Shown piece by piece: positions 14,626-28,100 of a stretch of DNA of 64,000 bases (its first letter is position 1; each line of letters starts with the position of its first letter). This stretch comes from Octopus bimaculoides (lineage: Eukaryota): the NCBI RefSeq assembly GCF_001194135.2, contig NC_068992.1:65184283-65248282 (forward strand), read 5' to 3'. Made by a program: the position numbers and the translations under genes. The notes under the pieces are model-generated. The model searched no databases. It was not told the origin of the DNA and was given only the letters and a program-made list of their open reading frames with translations.

Positions 14626-15228
14626 AAGTGCATTAAATGAGGCTTGAAACTGCCATACTCCTGTCCAATTGGGGTCCCCTAGCCTCACCTGCTGCTATGG
14701 TAGGCTTTCATGGAGGATAACCTTTCATTTTCGTTTGACTGATGAGGGCAAATCGCTCAGCTAGGACGGCACATATTGTGAGATCTCCAGTGCCAAAACT
14801 TGCTCGTCTCTAAATCCAAAGCAAAGGAAGAAAACATGATTCAATAACTGTCAGTGAGAGACAGATTCATCATCACGCCACCCTTTTTGAAACCCTCTGC
14901 AACCTGAAACCTAGAACTGCTCTTCTCCAAATTGCATTTGTAGCTGTTCCAATGGCAGGAAGAGCTCAGCAAGGTAGGGAGCTTGACCCAAGAGATTCCT
15001 GGTGGTTCTTCACATCAATGGCTTTACCATTCTGTTCGTGTGACGTAAGTGAGACATGTTATTCAACAACGATATTTTGGATTTGTTTATTTCAATAATG
15101 TCTCAGTCAGAGTAAACAGGAAGAGAATTCTGAGAGAAAGAGAATTCCTGAGAAATTCCGAAAATGTTCACGTACACTGCCAAGTGGTCAATATCGGATT
15201 ATTAATTGCAGCCGTCTATACACGTTCA

Positions 15229-15259
<31 letters not shown>

Positions 15260-15490
15260 NNNNNNNNNNNNNNNNNNNNNNNNNNNNNNNNNNNNNNNNN
15301 NNNNNNNNNNNNNNNNNNNNNNNNNNNNNNNNNNNNNNNNNNNNNNNNNNNNNNNNNNNNNNNNNNNNNNNNNNNNNNNNNNNNNNNNNNNNNNNNNNNN
15401 NNNNNNNNNNNNNNNNNNNNNNNNNNNNNNNNNNNNNNNNNNNNNNNNNNNNNNNNNNNNNNNNNNNNNNNNNNNNNNNNNNNNNNNNNN

Positions 15491-15522
<32 letters not shown>

Positions 15523-16543
15523 CACACACACATATATATACATATGAACGTGTATATATCATAAAAGTGTATATGTGACTGAGTATGAATTCGTAAATCT
15601 CTCATTTTCTCTCTTTCTGTATATATATATGTGTGTGTTTGTGTGTATGGATTCATATATATGTATGTGTGCGTGTGCATGTACATACGTATAAATACAT
15701 GGATAAATATAAGCAGAGACCAGTCGAGGTTTTTATTGGATTTATTCTGTATACACCTGACGACTATATTTAATTCGTCACCGTTCACATCCATGCTAGA
15801 CACATTGTTAGTCGTATACACCGCCTACCACTATTCTATTGCTAAATAAATTATGTTCTAAAATCGGAAATACATCGCTCTGTTGATTTTACACTTCTTA
15901 AACTTTCCCATTTCGAAGTTCCTTTCTAAGAGTCTCTCGGATTGCCTTCTCTTGCATTTCGTCTAATTTCGCGTAATTCAATTACTACCTTACCAAAGTT
16001 TCCCATACTTTTTTACGACATTTTGTGTTATATATTTGATAGAATATTGTTTTATTTTGGTCCTTCCTACTTCTCTCATTTCAATATACTTGTTAGTTTT
16101 ATATAAATTTAGCATTCTCGGTTGTTTGTTTTAAAGATGACATAGTAACCTCCATCTTGAAATGAAAGACATATTTTAATAATAACATCTTGAACCGGAT
16201 CTAGTTTCGAATTATAAGCCTTTACTTCTAAGCCTATAAAGTTCGTATTTGAATTCAGCTCAGTAATTCGTTCACATCCAGAAATGAAGCACCTGCTGAC
16301 GACGGCAGATATCACCGATCGAAATAATATGTAGATATAAAGATTGAAGAAGGGTTTCTCTTTAAAGGTATCGTTTACAGATCAAATAATTCGGATTATT
16401 AAAATTCATCTTCGAGACTTACAGGGAGTGAGAGAGAGGGGTGGGGAAGAGGAAGAACCGTGTAGTTTAATCATGAGACTATGTACAAAGCGATGCTGGA
16501 TGCATGTTTATGAATCGACTCATAGGAGAGGAAGAGACAGAAG

Positions 16544-16589
<46 letters not shown>

Positions 16590-16779
16590 AAAAGATAGAA
16601 AGGGGTAGAGAGAATGAGAATGAAATAGAGAGAGAGAGAGAAAGAGAGAAAGGAAAGAAGGAATGAGACAGAGAGGGAAAAATAGAGATCTGTTGTTTAA
16701 CACTGCGTCTCTTTACACATCAACCTAAATGTATGTCTATGAATCTTGTCCCAATTTATTTAAACAGTGCTTAATAATT

Positions 16780-17525
16780 TGAAATCCGAAATTATTGATT
16801 TGAAAAACTGTCGACGATGCACCAGACAACTAAGTAGTTCACATAATTTTGCTGAAAATGTATATTTTGTTGTTTAACCTAAGGTGGGTCCAGTGAACCA
16901 AACATTGTAACCGTGACCAACAACAATATTGAAGATGTATCATCATGCCGCTAGATTTTCATTCTGTCCATTGGCAGAACAATAACTAGAATCAAGTTAA
17001 AGGAGAAATGTTTCATTGTTCAATATTCAATGAAAACCTTTTGAGAAGTATCGTAACAAAGACGACATATTTCGTGTATTGAGGTGATATGTTATGGAGG
17101 ATTTTATTTGGAAATTGTAAGGAATTTCAGCAGCAGAGTAGTGTGAGGGAAGTGGCCTGAAGTATGGACAAAAAATGAAAGCAAAATGAAAGCTGTACCA
17201 TGAAATCTCTCTTGCTCCCGTGTCATGTCTTACCTGTAAGGGTTCCAAAAGCACCAAACGATTATTGTTCCCAATTCTCCCAACTCTGCTCTCTGGATTA
17301 GGTGGAAATCTTTTGTTATGGTTGTTTTGAAAGTTGGAATCCACCTTGAAAGGTCAACGACTTCAGACGATAGAACACATCGAAGGAAAATGCTTGCGAC
17401 AAATGTCACTTCTCTAACATTAAAGAAGAAGAAAAAACCTCGTTCAAAGAGACGTTCCGAAGCTGGAAAAAATTTCTTGTGAACAGTATATCTTCAGTAG
17501 TAACTACAAATTGAAGGAGACGAGT
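16780..17525 (+). mobile_element. Decayed mariner transposase remnant
   Basis: Conceptual fragments KWPEVWTKN, WLF*KLESTLKGQRLQTIEHI, FKETFRSWKK and aactac..gaaggagac (NY.EGD) match the mariner C-terminal pattern KRPELW / FFLFPKLK..LKGRRF / W..RW..C....G.YFEG; no TIRs seen. Confidence 0.65.
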
Positions 17526-19263
17526 CATTATATTAGAAGAAAAGTAATAAATTTGTTTTAAAAATGTTCAGTGCTATGAGAGAAAACATTAAACCTCTAA
17601 TAAACCAGAAGCTAATTATATTAGTTAAATGAAGTTTCGATAAATATAGGAAGTAAAAAAAAAAAGCAGCCGATGAAATGCAGAAGGCCAGAGACCAAGG
17701 GTCAAGGATATAGGTCAGCAGAAAAGAAATTTGTTGTAGGTTAGTAAGCTATGGATTAGTTGTGACTGAGCAGAACGTTAGTAGCAGTTTATCACCAGAG
17801 AATGATTTAGCACAAACCAAAGACCGGTTTTCGTTTGCTATTAAACTGTAGCGACAACTTAGAGAAGAATACAGTGCACATGTCAACATTCAGTGAATCG
17901 GGTTTGCGCTCCATCGAGGGCGCCATTAATTTCTATCTATCTGTCTATCTCTCTATCTGTCTGACTGTCTGTCTATCTATCTATGTTTCTTTCTTTCTTT
18001 CTTTATTTGATCCATTCTTTGTTTCTCTCATTCTTTTTAAACATTGCTCAAATATCCAGTTTAATCTTGGGTGGAGTAAAAGAAAGGTTAGTAACCCCAT
18101 GCAATATGCATTCATATGTACACAAATGCGCGCGCACAAAAACACGCACGCACAAAAACACGCACGCAAACACATACACACACACGCGCGCATGTGTGTG
18201 TGTGTGTTGGATTAAATTGTATGCCACGTGAGTTATATGAGAAAAAGTTATTGCCTTCGGCGCTTATCTATTTCCTGTTTCTAAAGAAATGCTCCAAAGC
18301 AACCACTATGTCGTCTTCCATTTCTCACAGCGCAACATAATCAACTGAGAAAGAGAGAGAGAGTGTGTGAGAGAGAGAGAAGGTGGGGTGGGAAGAGGAG
18401 AGAGAAGTGACAGAGGAGAGAGAGGTTGCCGTCCTTCATCATTCGACATTTAAAGATCAAATACCTGTTTGTGCTCGGTTGATTTGGAACTCAATTTCAG
18501 TTCCCAAAATTTGCTCTTAGGCGTTGCCTCTTTACAACTGCGTCCGCAGCCAGTAAATTTAAACCGTAAAGATGGCAATAGGCTGGTTCTTATCAAAATT
18601 TTCCCGTTTCTAAGCGCTAATTCTCTTGTCTAGGATGCTTTCTGCCGGATTGTTTTCTCCGGAGGTGCAATCAACAACAATCGGTGTTAGGTCCGCCCTA
18701 CATCACCTGACAGCCGAAACATTGCAAATAGATAGGTTTGTTTTCATTCCTACGGCTGGAGAAATTTCCGGCGTCCTTCGACCCCCACCCCACGCCGACC
18801 CACAAACCTATTCAGTGTGGTTTGTCTTGAGATTGCTCTTCATAGGAATGCGTTCCATGATGTGGATTGCCAATCTTAACACAAATCTCCCATTATTCCG
18901 CTGGGTATTGCATTCCCCATTCCTTTTTCCGTAGACAATGAATCATTTACATGCCGAAAGGTAATATAGATTCTCAGGAAATTTCAAATGTATTTCCTCA
19001 ATTCTAGCTGCATTACAGTATTTAGATTCCGAGAAATGGCAGCAATAACAAAAATAACAAAATTACAAGTAGAATATGATAGACAAGGAAGAAAATAGGA
19101 TAAGTTTCAATGTGCAAATACGGATTAATTTAAAAATAACGAGTTAAAGGTATCGAATTTCTGGTAGGGGGGGGGGTACGAATAGGAACAAAATACACGA
19201 AAGAGAGAAAAGGAAATCGTTGGATTGAGAATATAAGAGACAAGATGAGAAAAGAGAATAAGT

Positions 19264-19490
19264 TATATTAGACATGAGTGTGTGAGTGCGCATCTGTATA
19301 GATATATGTGTGAATTTGTATCCATATATATATATAATTAGATATGCTTCAACACACACACACACACACACACACATACACACACACATATATATATATG
19401 CACACATGTATATATATCGAGATAGATCTGTCTCTCTCCTTATATATATTTGTATATATATTGTATATTATATATATACATACATAAATG

Positions 19491-19526
<36 letters not shown>

Positions 19527-19714
19527 NNNNNNNNNNTATATTAGACATGAGTGTGTGAGTGCGCATCTGTATAGATATATGTGTGAATTTGTATCCATAT
19601 ATATATATAATTAGATATGCTTCAACACACACACACACACATACACACACACATATATATATATGCACACATGTATATATATCGAGATAGATCTGTCTCT
19701 CTCCTTATATATAT
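19264..19714. other. Probable artefactual duplication (two haplotypes) across a 10-N gap
   Basis: 19264-19449 is repeated at 19537-19714, differing in (AC)12 vs (AC)8; similar short duplication at 45911-45984. Confidence 0.85.
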
Positions 19715-20261
19715 NNNNNNNNNNNNNNNNNNNNNNNNNNNNNNNNNNNNNNNNNNNNNNNNNNNNNNNNNNNNNNNNNNNNNNNNNNNNNNNNNNNNNN
19801 NNNNNNNNNNNNNNNNNNNNNNNNNNNNNNNNNNNNNNNNNNNNNNNNNNNNNNNNNNNNNNNNNNNNNNNNNNNNNNNNNNNNNNNNNNNNNNNNNNNN
19901 NNNNNNNNNNNNNNNNNNNNNNNNNNNNNNNNNNNNNNNNNNNNNNNNNNNNNNNNNNNNNNNNNNNNNNNNNNNNNNNNNNNNNNNNNNNNNNNNNNNN
20001 NNNNNNNNNNNNNNNNNNNNNNNNNNNNNNNNNNNNNNNNNNNNNNNNNNNNNNNNNNNNNNNNNNNNNNNNNNNNNNNNNNNNNNNNNNNNNNNNNNNN
20101 NNNNNNNNNNNNNNNNNNNNNNNNNNNNNNNNNNNNNNNNNNNNNNNNNNNNNNNNNNNNNNNNNNNNNNNNNNNNNNNNNNNNNNNNNNNNNNNNNNNN
20201 NNNNNNNNNNNNNNNNNNNNNNNNNNNNNNAATAGAGTTATTAATATTTCTAAGTCTCTCT

Positions 20262-20596
20262 AAAGGAGACTACGGCAGCGGTACTGGAAATTAATAGTTA
20301 TCGCCAAGCCAACATGGCAGTCCCAAAATTAGGACGAAAGCTGCCGTGAATTAGCTCCAAGAAGCCATCGCCTCTAGCTAGCTATGTGACACACGAAACC
20401 TGTGTCCTTTATAACCTTCGAACAGGGGAGGTCAGCAGTGTCCCCCTGCTGGTTTGGCATCTGCAGACTAGACTAGTTTCAGGGTGTTGCCCCTTGTCAA
20501 TGCAGAGTAGCCAAGCCTTAGCCAGGCGGCGCTGCTGACTATCTGCTCGAAGGTTATTTATCTAATTTCAGTGGAATCTATCCACTGGTTTTCAGA
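20262..20596 (+). mobile_element. Structured ~335-bp interspersed repeat (family F) between 31-bp direct repeats
   Basis: aatagagttattaatatttctaagtctctct at 20231-20261 and 20597-20627; GC-rich insert homologous to 38166-38360 and 43901-44153. Confidence 0.7.
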
Positions 20597-21468
20597 AATA
20601 GAGTTATTAATATTTCTAAGTCTCTCTCTATATATATATACATATATATACACACACACACATATATATATTTGTGTGTTCGTTTGTGGGTGCGCCTTTG
20701 TGTGTGTGTGCGTGTGTGTCTGTCTGTCTGCGCGTGTGTGTCAAGAAATTAAAACGAACAGCATTCAGTTTGACGCTCAGCAGTTCTGAAACGAATGATA
20801 ACTTGCATACCAGCATATGGTTTTATATATATATATATNNNNNNNNNNNNNNNNNNNNNNNNNNNNNNNNNNNNNNNNNNNNNNNNNNNNNNNNNNNNNN
20901 NNNNNNNNNNNNNNNNNNNNNNNNNNNNNNNNNNNNNNNNNNNNNNNNNNNNNNNNNNNNNNNNNNNNNNNNNNNNNNNNNNNNNNNNNNNNNNNNNNNN
21001 NNNNNNNNNNNNNNNNNNNNNNNNNNNNNNNNNNNNNNNNNNNNNNNNNNNNNNNNNNNNNNNNNNNNNNNNNNNNNNNNNNNNNNNNNNNNNNNNNNNN
21101 NNNNNNNNNNNNNNNNNNNNNNNNNNNNNNNNNNNNNNNNNNNNNNNNNNNNNNNNNNNNNNNNNNNNNNNNNNNNNNNNNNNNNNNNNNNNNNNNNNNN
21201 NNNNNNNNNNNNNNNNNNNNNNNNNNNNNNNNNNNNNNNNNNNNNNNNNNNNNNNNNNNNNNNNNNNNNNNNNNNNNNNNNNNNNNNNNNNNNNNNNNNN
21301 NNNNNNNNNNNNNNNNNNNNNNNNNNNNNNNNNNNNNNNNNNNNNNNNNNNNNNNNNNNNNNNNNNNNNNNNNNNNNNNNNNNNNNNNNNNNNNNNNNNN
21401 NNNNNNNNNNNNNNNNNNNNNNNNNNNNNNNNNNNNNNNNNNNNNNNNNNNNNNNNNNNNNNNNNNNN

Positions 21469-21518
<50 letters not shown>

Positions 21519-21753
21519 CATAATCCTACATGTAGATTTACACATGTATTTCAAAGAAAAGTGAAATAAAAAAAAGGAAAAATATATATATAAAAACAAA
21601 TTAACCAATGAAAAATGAACGAAAACTTACAAATTGATTTCTATATTTAATAGTTTGGGGTTTGAAATTTAAATTAAAATATGTTTACGTAATATGGTAA
21701 ACAAGTTCACTGCACTAAAAAATGAAACGGCATTTCTGAAGAAAGACATACAT

Positions 21754-22072
21754 AGGCGCAGGCATGGTTGTGTGGTTAGAATCTTGCTTCCCAACCACAT
21801 GGTTCCCCGTTCAGTCCCACTGCGCGTCACCTTGAGCGAGCCTCAGACCGACCAAAGCCTTGTGAGTGGATTTGGATGACAGAAACTGAAAGAAGACCAT
21901 CGTATATATATATGTTTGTGTGTTTGTGTTTGTCTCCTCACCGTTGCTTGGCAATCGATGTTGGCATGTTTACTCCTTAAATTAGCGGTTCAGCAAAAAA
22001 GTCCAATAGAAGAAGCACTAGGCTTACAAAGAATAAGTCCTGGGGTCGAATTGTTCGACTAAAGGCGGTGCT
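21754..22072 (+). mobile_element. SINE family A (near full length)
   Basis: aggcgcaggcatggttgtgtggttag head, gaccaaagccttgtgagtggattt core, gcttacaaagaataagtcctggggtcgaattgttcgactaaaggcggtgct tail. Confidence 0.85.
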
Positions 22073-24447
22073 TAATATTTAAGAGTTGGAGACAATATGC
22101 TGCAAATCATCTTAGAAATCTAATGATGATGAACTATCTCTCTGCGCCTCATTCTTAACTCCCACTATCCCTCTATGTTACTCTAAATCATAATATGCTG
22201 TACCTATGCATTTTTTTACTAAATCTCATTCTGCCACGGAAATACCAAGGAGAAACAACGTAATTGTTTTGGTTGCTGATATAAGTTGCGCTACAAAACA
22301 AAAATGGTTTACGTTGGAAAACTGTACAGTTGGCTGCGTTCGAGGAGAGCGGTTTATTTTATATTGATGTAATGTTTTCATTGCTACACATTTTCCTTCC
22401 AAGCACTACAGTAAACAGCAGACGTGAGCTAAGACGTTAAAATTAGTGCGCATGCAATCTACGCCAAGCATCGTTACTCTACGTTCTATAGATTGGTTAC
22501 TACGAGAACAGTCCGGATACTTATTAACCAGACCACATATTGTCGAAGCGGACACAATTCTGAAAATATGAATATATATNNNNNNNNNNNNNNNNNNNNN
22601 NNNNNNNNNNNNNNNNNNNNNNNNNNNNNNNNNNNNNNNNNNNNNNNNNNNNNNNNNNNNNNNNNNNNNNNNNNNNNNNNNNNNNNNNNNNNNNNNNNNN
22701 NNNNNNNNNNNTATACATATATATATATATATAAACATGCAGGGTGTTTACTGTATGGTAATAAAAACCTTCCTGGCAGAGACGTGAAATGAATTGTTTT
22801 TCAAGGGTGCCGTTCGAAGTAGATACAGCTATAAATAATACCGTATAAAAATCGGAGAGAAAGAGCCGAAGGCTGCCTTCAGGACACGAAACTACATCTT
22901 TTAAAAACATGACAGACGTCGTACCAATATACCAAATCAATCCTTCAAGTTTATCGATTTCATATACTTTGTTCTCAGCAGTGAGGATTGTATATATTAT
23001 TTAGATCCTCAGAATTTTAAAGCTAATTTTTGATGGGGCGGGGGAGGCGTTCCCAATTGAAACATTATCAACAGTTGGAATTTTATACTATTATAAAATT
23101 GTTTGACAGTCATTACTGCTTAGGGACGAAATTAACCTATCATCATATTTTCGGGTATATCATTTATTGGTTACTTTGGTACATTAATTGCTAACGATTC
23201 GCGGCGAAATTGACACGGGTAAGGGAACAAAAGAGGATAGATTATTTCTGCTCGATAAACTAGTAAACCATCAATTTTATTGCATTTGCCTGCAATTGTA
23301 TTTTGCAGAAAAACTCTAAATTTACAAAATTATTCAATTTATTATAAGATGTTTTCTCTTTTCAGAGATATTTTCACTTTGTAAGGTAAATATTTGGCAA
23401 CGAATCACAAATGTAAAATTAATTATTAAACTCATTAATGTAATTGGTTTTCTATATTATCTCTTCTCGAGTCTATTCAACTGAACTATTTCACTTTTAA
23501 CATTGAACTGTGGTTGCTTTATCTGCTAATGTACGTGGATAACTGCTCCACATAAACACACCTGCGTACATATTCCGCCTTACGTACAGGAAATACACAC
23601 ACATGCGCACACGCGGATACAAACATACATATACATAAATATACTTACACACATACATACATATATACCTATATAATTTTCCTAATGTACTTCCGTTAAC
23701 CTGGTACTCATTTAAACTAACAATATTCATTTATAAATGCATATNNNNNNNNNNNNNNNNNNNNNNNNNNNNNNNNNNNNNNNNNNNNNNNNNNNNNNNN
23801 NNNNNNNNNNNNNNNNNNNNNNNNNNNNNNNNNNNNNNNNNNNNNNNNNNNNNNNNNNNNNNNNNNNNNNNNNNNNNNNNNNNNNNNNNNNNNNNNNNNN
23901 NNNNNNNNNNNNNNNNNNNNNNNNNNNNNNNNNNNNNNNNNNNNNNNNNNNNNNNNTATATATGTACATACATACATATACACACACACACATATATATA
24001 CAACTATATTTATATACATACGATCCATAATTTATTTTTATATTTTATGCAACTATAATGCACACACACACACACATATATATATATATGTATATGATAT
24101 ATAATATATATTGTATATTTTTATATAATACATACCTTCATACCTATGTAGTTAGATATATATATATATACGCAGAAACGCGCCCTCCCCCCCACACATA
24201 TATGCACGCGCCTACGTCAGGTGTATGCGTGTACACGAAGCAGAGTGTGTTTGTGTAATGTGTCAACGTTTGAAAACATTATATAACATTATATAGTATA
24301 ATACGTCGATAATATTTGAAAATGTCAATAAATGTGTATTTCTAAAGACTTCCACATTTCGATCTACACTATGGTCGATACACATATATACACAAACACA
24401 CACACACGCGTCACGCATTTAAACTCACACACACATACATATACGCA

Positions 24448-24480
<33 letters not shown>

Positions 24481-24547
24481 CTCTATCTATCTATCTATCT
24501 ATCTATCGATCTACCTATCCATCTATATATCTATCTATCCATCTATC

Positions 24548-24616
<69 letters not shown>

Positions 24617-25182
24617 CTTTATATATATACACGCACGTTTACAGTGAGCGAATATACCTGACACCTAACATTTTTCATGTTCACAATCTAAAGGGAATAC
24701 ACTTCCATTACTGGGTGTGTATGTTTGTATGTGTGTATGTATTTATGTATGTGTGTATGCACACACACACACACACACACACACGTTTATTCTTATATAT
24801 ATACACACGTTTACCTCCGTTAACAAAATTGTTACGTGTCAATATTCCGTTATTTCTTCACTTTTAATGCAACGTAGACGACTTAGACCTTTTCCAAGAA
24901 CTCATCGTAACACACGATATATTTTCCGACGGCTTTTAGATAAGATTTCTGTTGTTAAAAATGTGTATGGAAGAGTCTGTCTTCTGCTCTCTAGACTCTA
25001 CACTCAGTCTTGTTTAATTTTTAAGATCTCCGTTAGTAAAGTTGACATTTTGCATACAATCTAAAAGACACCGACATCAATCTTGCCAGATTTCTTTTCT
25101 TGCACCATTCATACAAAACTATTTCTGATTGAATTTGTTCTATCCTCTGACTTATGATTTTCCTGACCTATATTTGGATACA

Positions 25183-25565
25183 GTGGAGGCGCAATAGCCC
25201 AGTGGTTAGGGAAGCGGACTCGTGGTTGCAGCATCGCGGCATCTATTCCCAGATACCGGGCGTTGTGAGTGTTTATTGAGCGAAAATACCTAGAGCTCTA
25301 CGAGGCTACAATAGGGGCTGGTGGCGAACCCTGCTGCACTCTTTCACCATAACTTTCTGTCACTTTTTCTTCTTGTTTCTGTTGTACCTGCGTTTCAAAG
25401 GGCCAGCTTTGTCACGCTCTGTGTCACACTGTATCTCCTCGAGAACTACGTTAAGGTTGCACGTGTCTGTGGAGTGCTCAGCCACTTGCACGTTAATTTC
25501 ACGAGCAGGCTGTTCCGTTAATCGGATCAGCTGGAACCCTCGTCGTCGCAACGACGGAATACCAC
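25183..25565 (+). mobile_element. tRNA-derived SINE family C (full length, ~380 bp)
   Basis: Head ggcgcaatagcccagtggttaggg..cggactcg with A-box-like motif and degenerate B box; body aligns along its length with 56637-57003. Confidence 0.9.
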
Positions 25566-26362
25566 GAATATTTGGATACATCTTCCTTTGAACTCTAATG
25601 ACGTGTCTATGTCTTACTTGTACTAAGTTATTTTTAATATATTTTGTGATTTGAATAATGCATCTTTCTTAGTTCTAACATAAGTTTAAAAAAAAACCTT
25701 TTTCCATAGAGTGTGCTAATGAAGGTGTTTTAGGACTTTAATATGCAAGTGCTGTAGGTTATCCCATATTCATTTAACCAAGGGCTGAATTATTCTTCTC
25801 ACAGCAATCTATGAAAACCACTCAATCAAAAAATCCTATTTAACCCAAGATATATCTACAAAAATTCCAGATAACAAACACATTAGATTCGGAGAAACCT
25901 GACATTTCACTTGAATTATCAAAATGATAAATAGCCAATGGGTTATGTTTTGAATCTTCAAAGAATTTGTTTCTTAAATTGAGATGACCTTCTACTAATA
26001 TATATTCACTTGCCATGTAATTCAAAGATTTTGGTGTCCATCGTTTCTAAAAATCGCTCACATATATTTAACATTAAACACCAGTTTTATTGGATATCCA
26101 TCTCTTTCATTAATACCCTTCAAATATTTTGTAAATCGCAATGGGAACCGATTATCAGCATGCTGATAAGCGGTTTATATCATTTATAGTGATGTTGATG
26201 TTGCTGCTGCTGTAGTTGTTACTGTTTCTGTTGATTCCTCTATTATCCAAAATCTATGGACATTATAAAATTTACTGAGCTATTCGAACCATTCATTAGA
26301 ATCAATAAAAATTTGAGTTACTCAGCTTATTTTACCAAATCAATATCAATTCCGATTCCAAA

Positions 26363-26567
26363 TCGGCGAACTAACAGATTCTTTAGCATGCCGTCCAAAA
26401 TACTTGGCGCTATTTCGTTCGTCTTTACTCTCCAAGTTCAAATTCCGATGAGGTCAACTTTAACTTTCATTCTTCCGTGGTCGAAAACATAAGTACCAGT
26501 TGAACATTGGGGTTGATGTAATCGACTTAACCCCTCCTTCCGAAATTACTGGACTCATGCCAATATT
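26363..26567 (+). mobile_element. SINE family B
   Basis: tcggcgaact..ttagcatgcc..caagttcaaattccgatgaggtcaacttt..ataagtaccagttgaacattggggttgatgtaatcgact. Confidence 0.85.
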
Positions 26568-27331
26568 AACTTCATTTCCCCCCACCCCATCAAATGCTTT
26601 AGCACTCAAACTAATACACACATTAGCGAATCGCACCATCACTTGCAATGCAGCTTGTTAATATTGAAATATAAACTAATTTTTACCATAGAAGCTGACT
26701 AACAACTTATTTACGACTATTCTTAATTCTCTGTGTGTAACGTTTGGATTAAAAATAAAATGGTGAGAATTCCATTTTCTGATTATTGTTAGAAAAATGT
26801 TCTCGATGTTTTTACCGTTGTTGCAGCTGTTGTTGTTGTTGTTGATGTTATAGACCTTATTGCTATTATAACAGCCGTTGCTTCAGTTGCTGCCGTTGTT
26901 TTGCAGCAGAAACAACAGCTACTCCTGTACTCGTTGCTGTTTGTTATTAGTGGTTATTCAGCAATCCCTTTTGAGCTAAACTACAATCACTAACAATCCA
27001 GATCTGACCATCTCGTTTTTCTTTCAAGTACACTGATAAGTAAGGTTACGTTAAGTAATGTGCCGTTATTAATTTTAAAAGGATAATGAGAAATTTGATG
27101 GATATTTAGCTGTTATATATAGAAGGTCGATCGATAAAGAGGTTCCCCCGACGGTTCGTTTAATCATTTATTTGTGATGTTGCCTAAAAAACAGGAAAAA
27201 CAGAAGCGTTAACCCGAGCGTGGCATTTGTTAACGAAACTAAAACCGTTGATGGTTTCCTACACGGAAAATGAAACCATTGGAGCGAAGATTTGGGAATC
27301 CTTAGATGCATTCATAATGAGACAATGCGCG

Positions 27332-27375
<44 letters not shown>

Positions 27376-27479
27376 AGCACATACACCCATACACAAAAAC
27401 ACGTACATGTATACACACGCACTCACATGCATAAATACAAACATAAGTATTTGTGTGTGGTGTGCGTGTGGTGTATGTG

Positions 27480-27515
<36 letters not shown>

Positions 27516-27625
27516 TCTGTCTACCTATACATATGTATGTGTGTGAACGCACGCGCGTATATATATTTACAGATATAGATATACAGATTCATAGATAAAC
27601 ATATACATACATATATTTGTGTATA

Positions 27626-27656
<31 letters not shown>

Positions 27657-28012
27657 CATTGAATATTGTAAGTTCAGATTTTGCTACATTGTGGACTTGG
27701 GTATTAAATAACTACAAATAGAACGTGGAGAAGATGTGGGTTTGGTAAAATGAAATCAACCAGTTAACAAGCAATTTAAAAGTCGAGTCTATAAGCAGAA
27801 CAGTGAAAGTATTCAAGGCTTTTCGCAAGTAGAAAATGTAGCATTCTTTTACTGTCTACGTTCCAATGATGGACATGCGTAACTTAGAAACCTATTCCTT
27901 GCTTACGGAAATATTTGAAGTAGAAGAGTACAAGCATATATACGTATATACGCATATACCTCCATACTTTCATTCAATTCATACATATATGCGTATATAG
28001 ACACCTATATAA

Positions 28013-28089
<77 letters not shown>

Positions 28090-28100
28090 AGGAAGCTTTT

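Larger units (their letters stand above)
13650..15040 (-). mobile_element. Heavily decayed CR1/L2/Jockey-group LINE RT remnant, interrupted by two SINE B copies
   Basis: Minus strand, in collinear order: AELF..KKG-like (~14960-14880), tttggatttaga = FGFR-like (~14810), IQMW and EKVQR (~14330-14270), YNEELKKL-like (~13850); many stops and frameshifts. Confidence 0.45.

Noticed and set aside
14944-15044. Plus-strand exon candidate ending GAC|GTAAGT
   Set aside because: Lies within a region better explained as a minus-strand LINE RT remnant
25183-25262. tRNA-like sequence (also at 56637 and 47540-47614)
   Set aside because: These are SINE heads continuing into shared non-tRNA bodies; no intact cloverleaf, so not called tRNA genes
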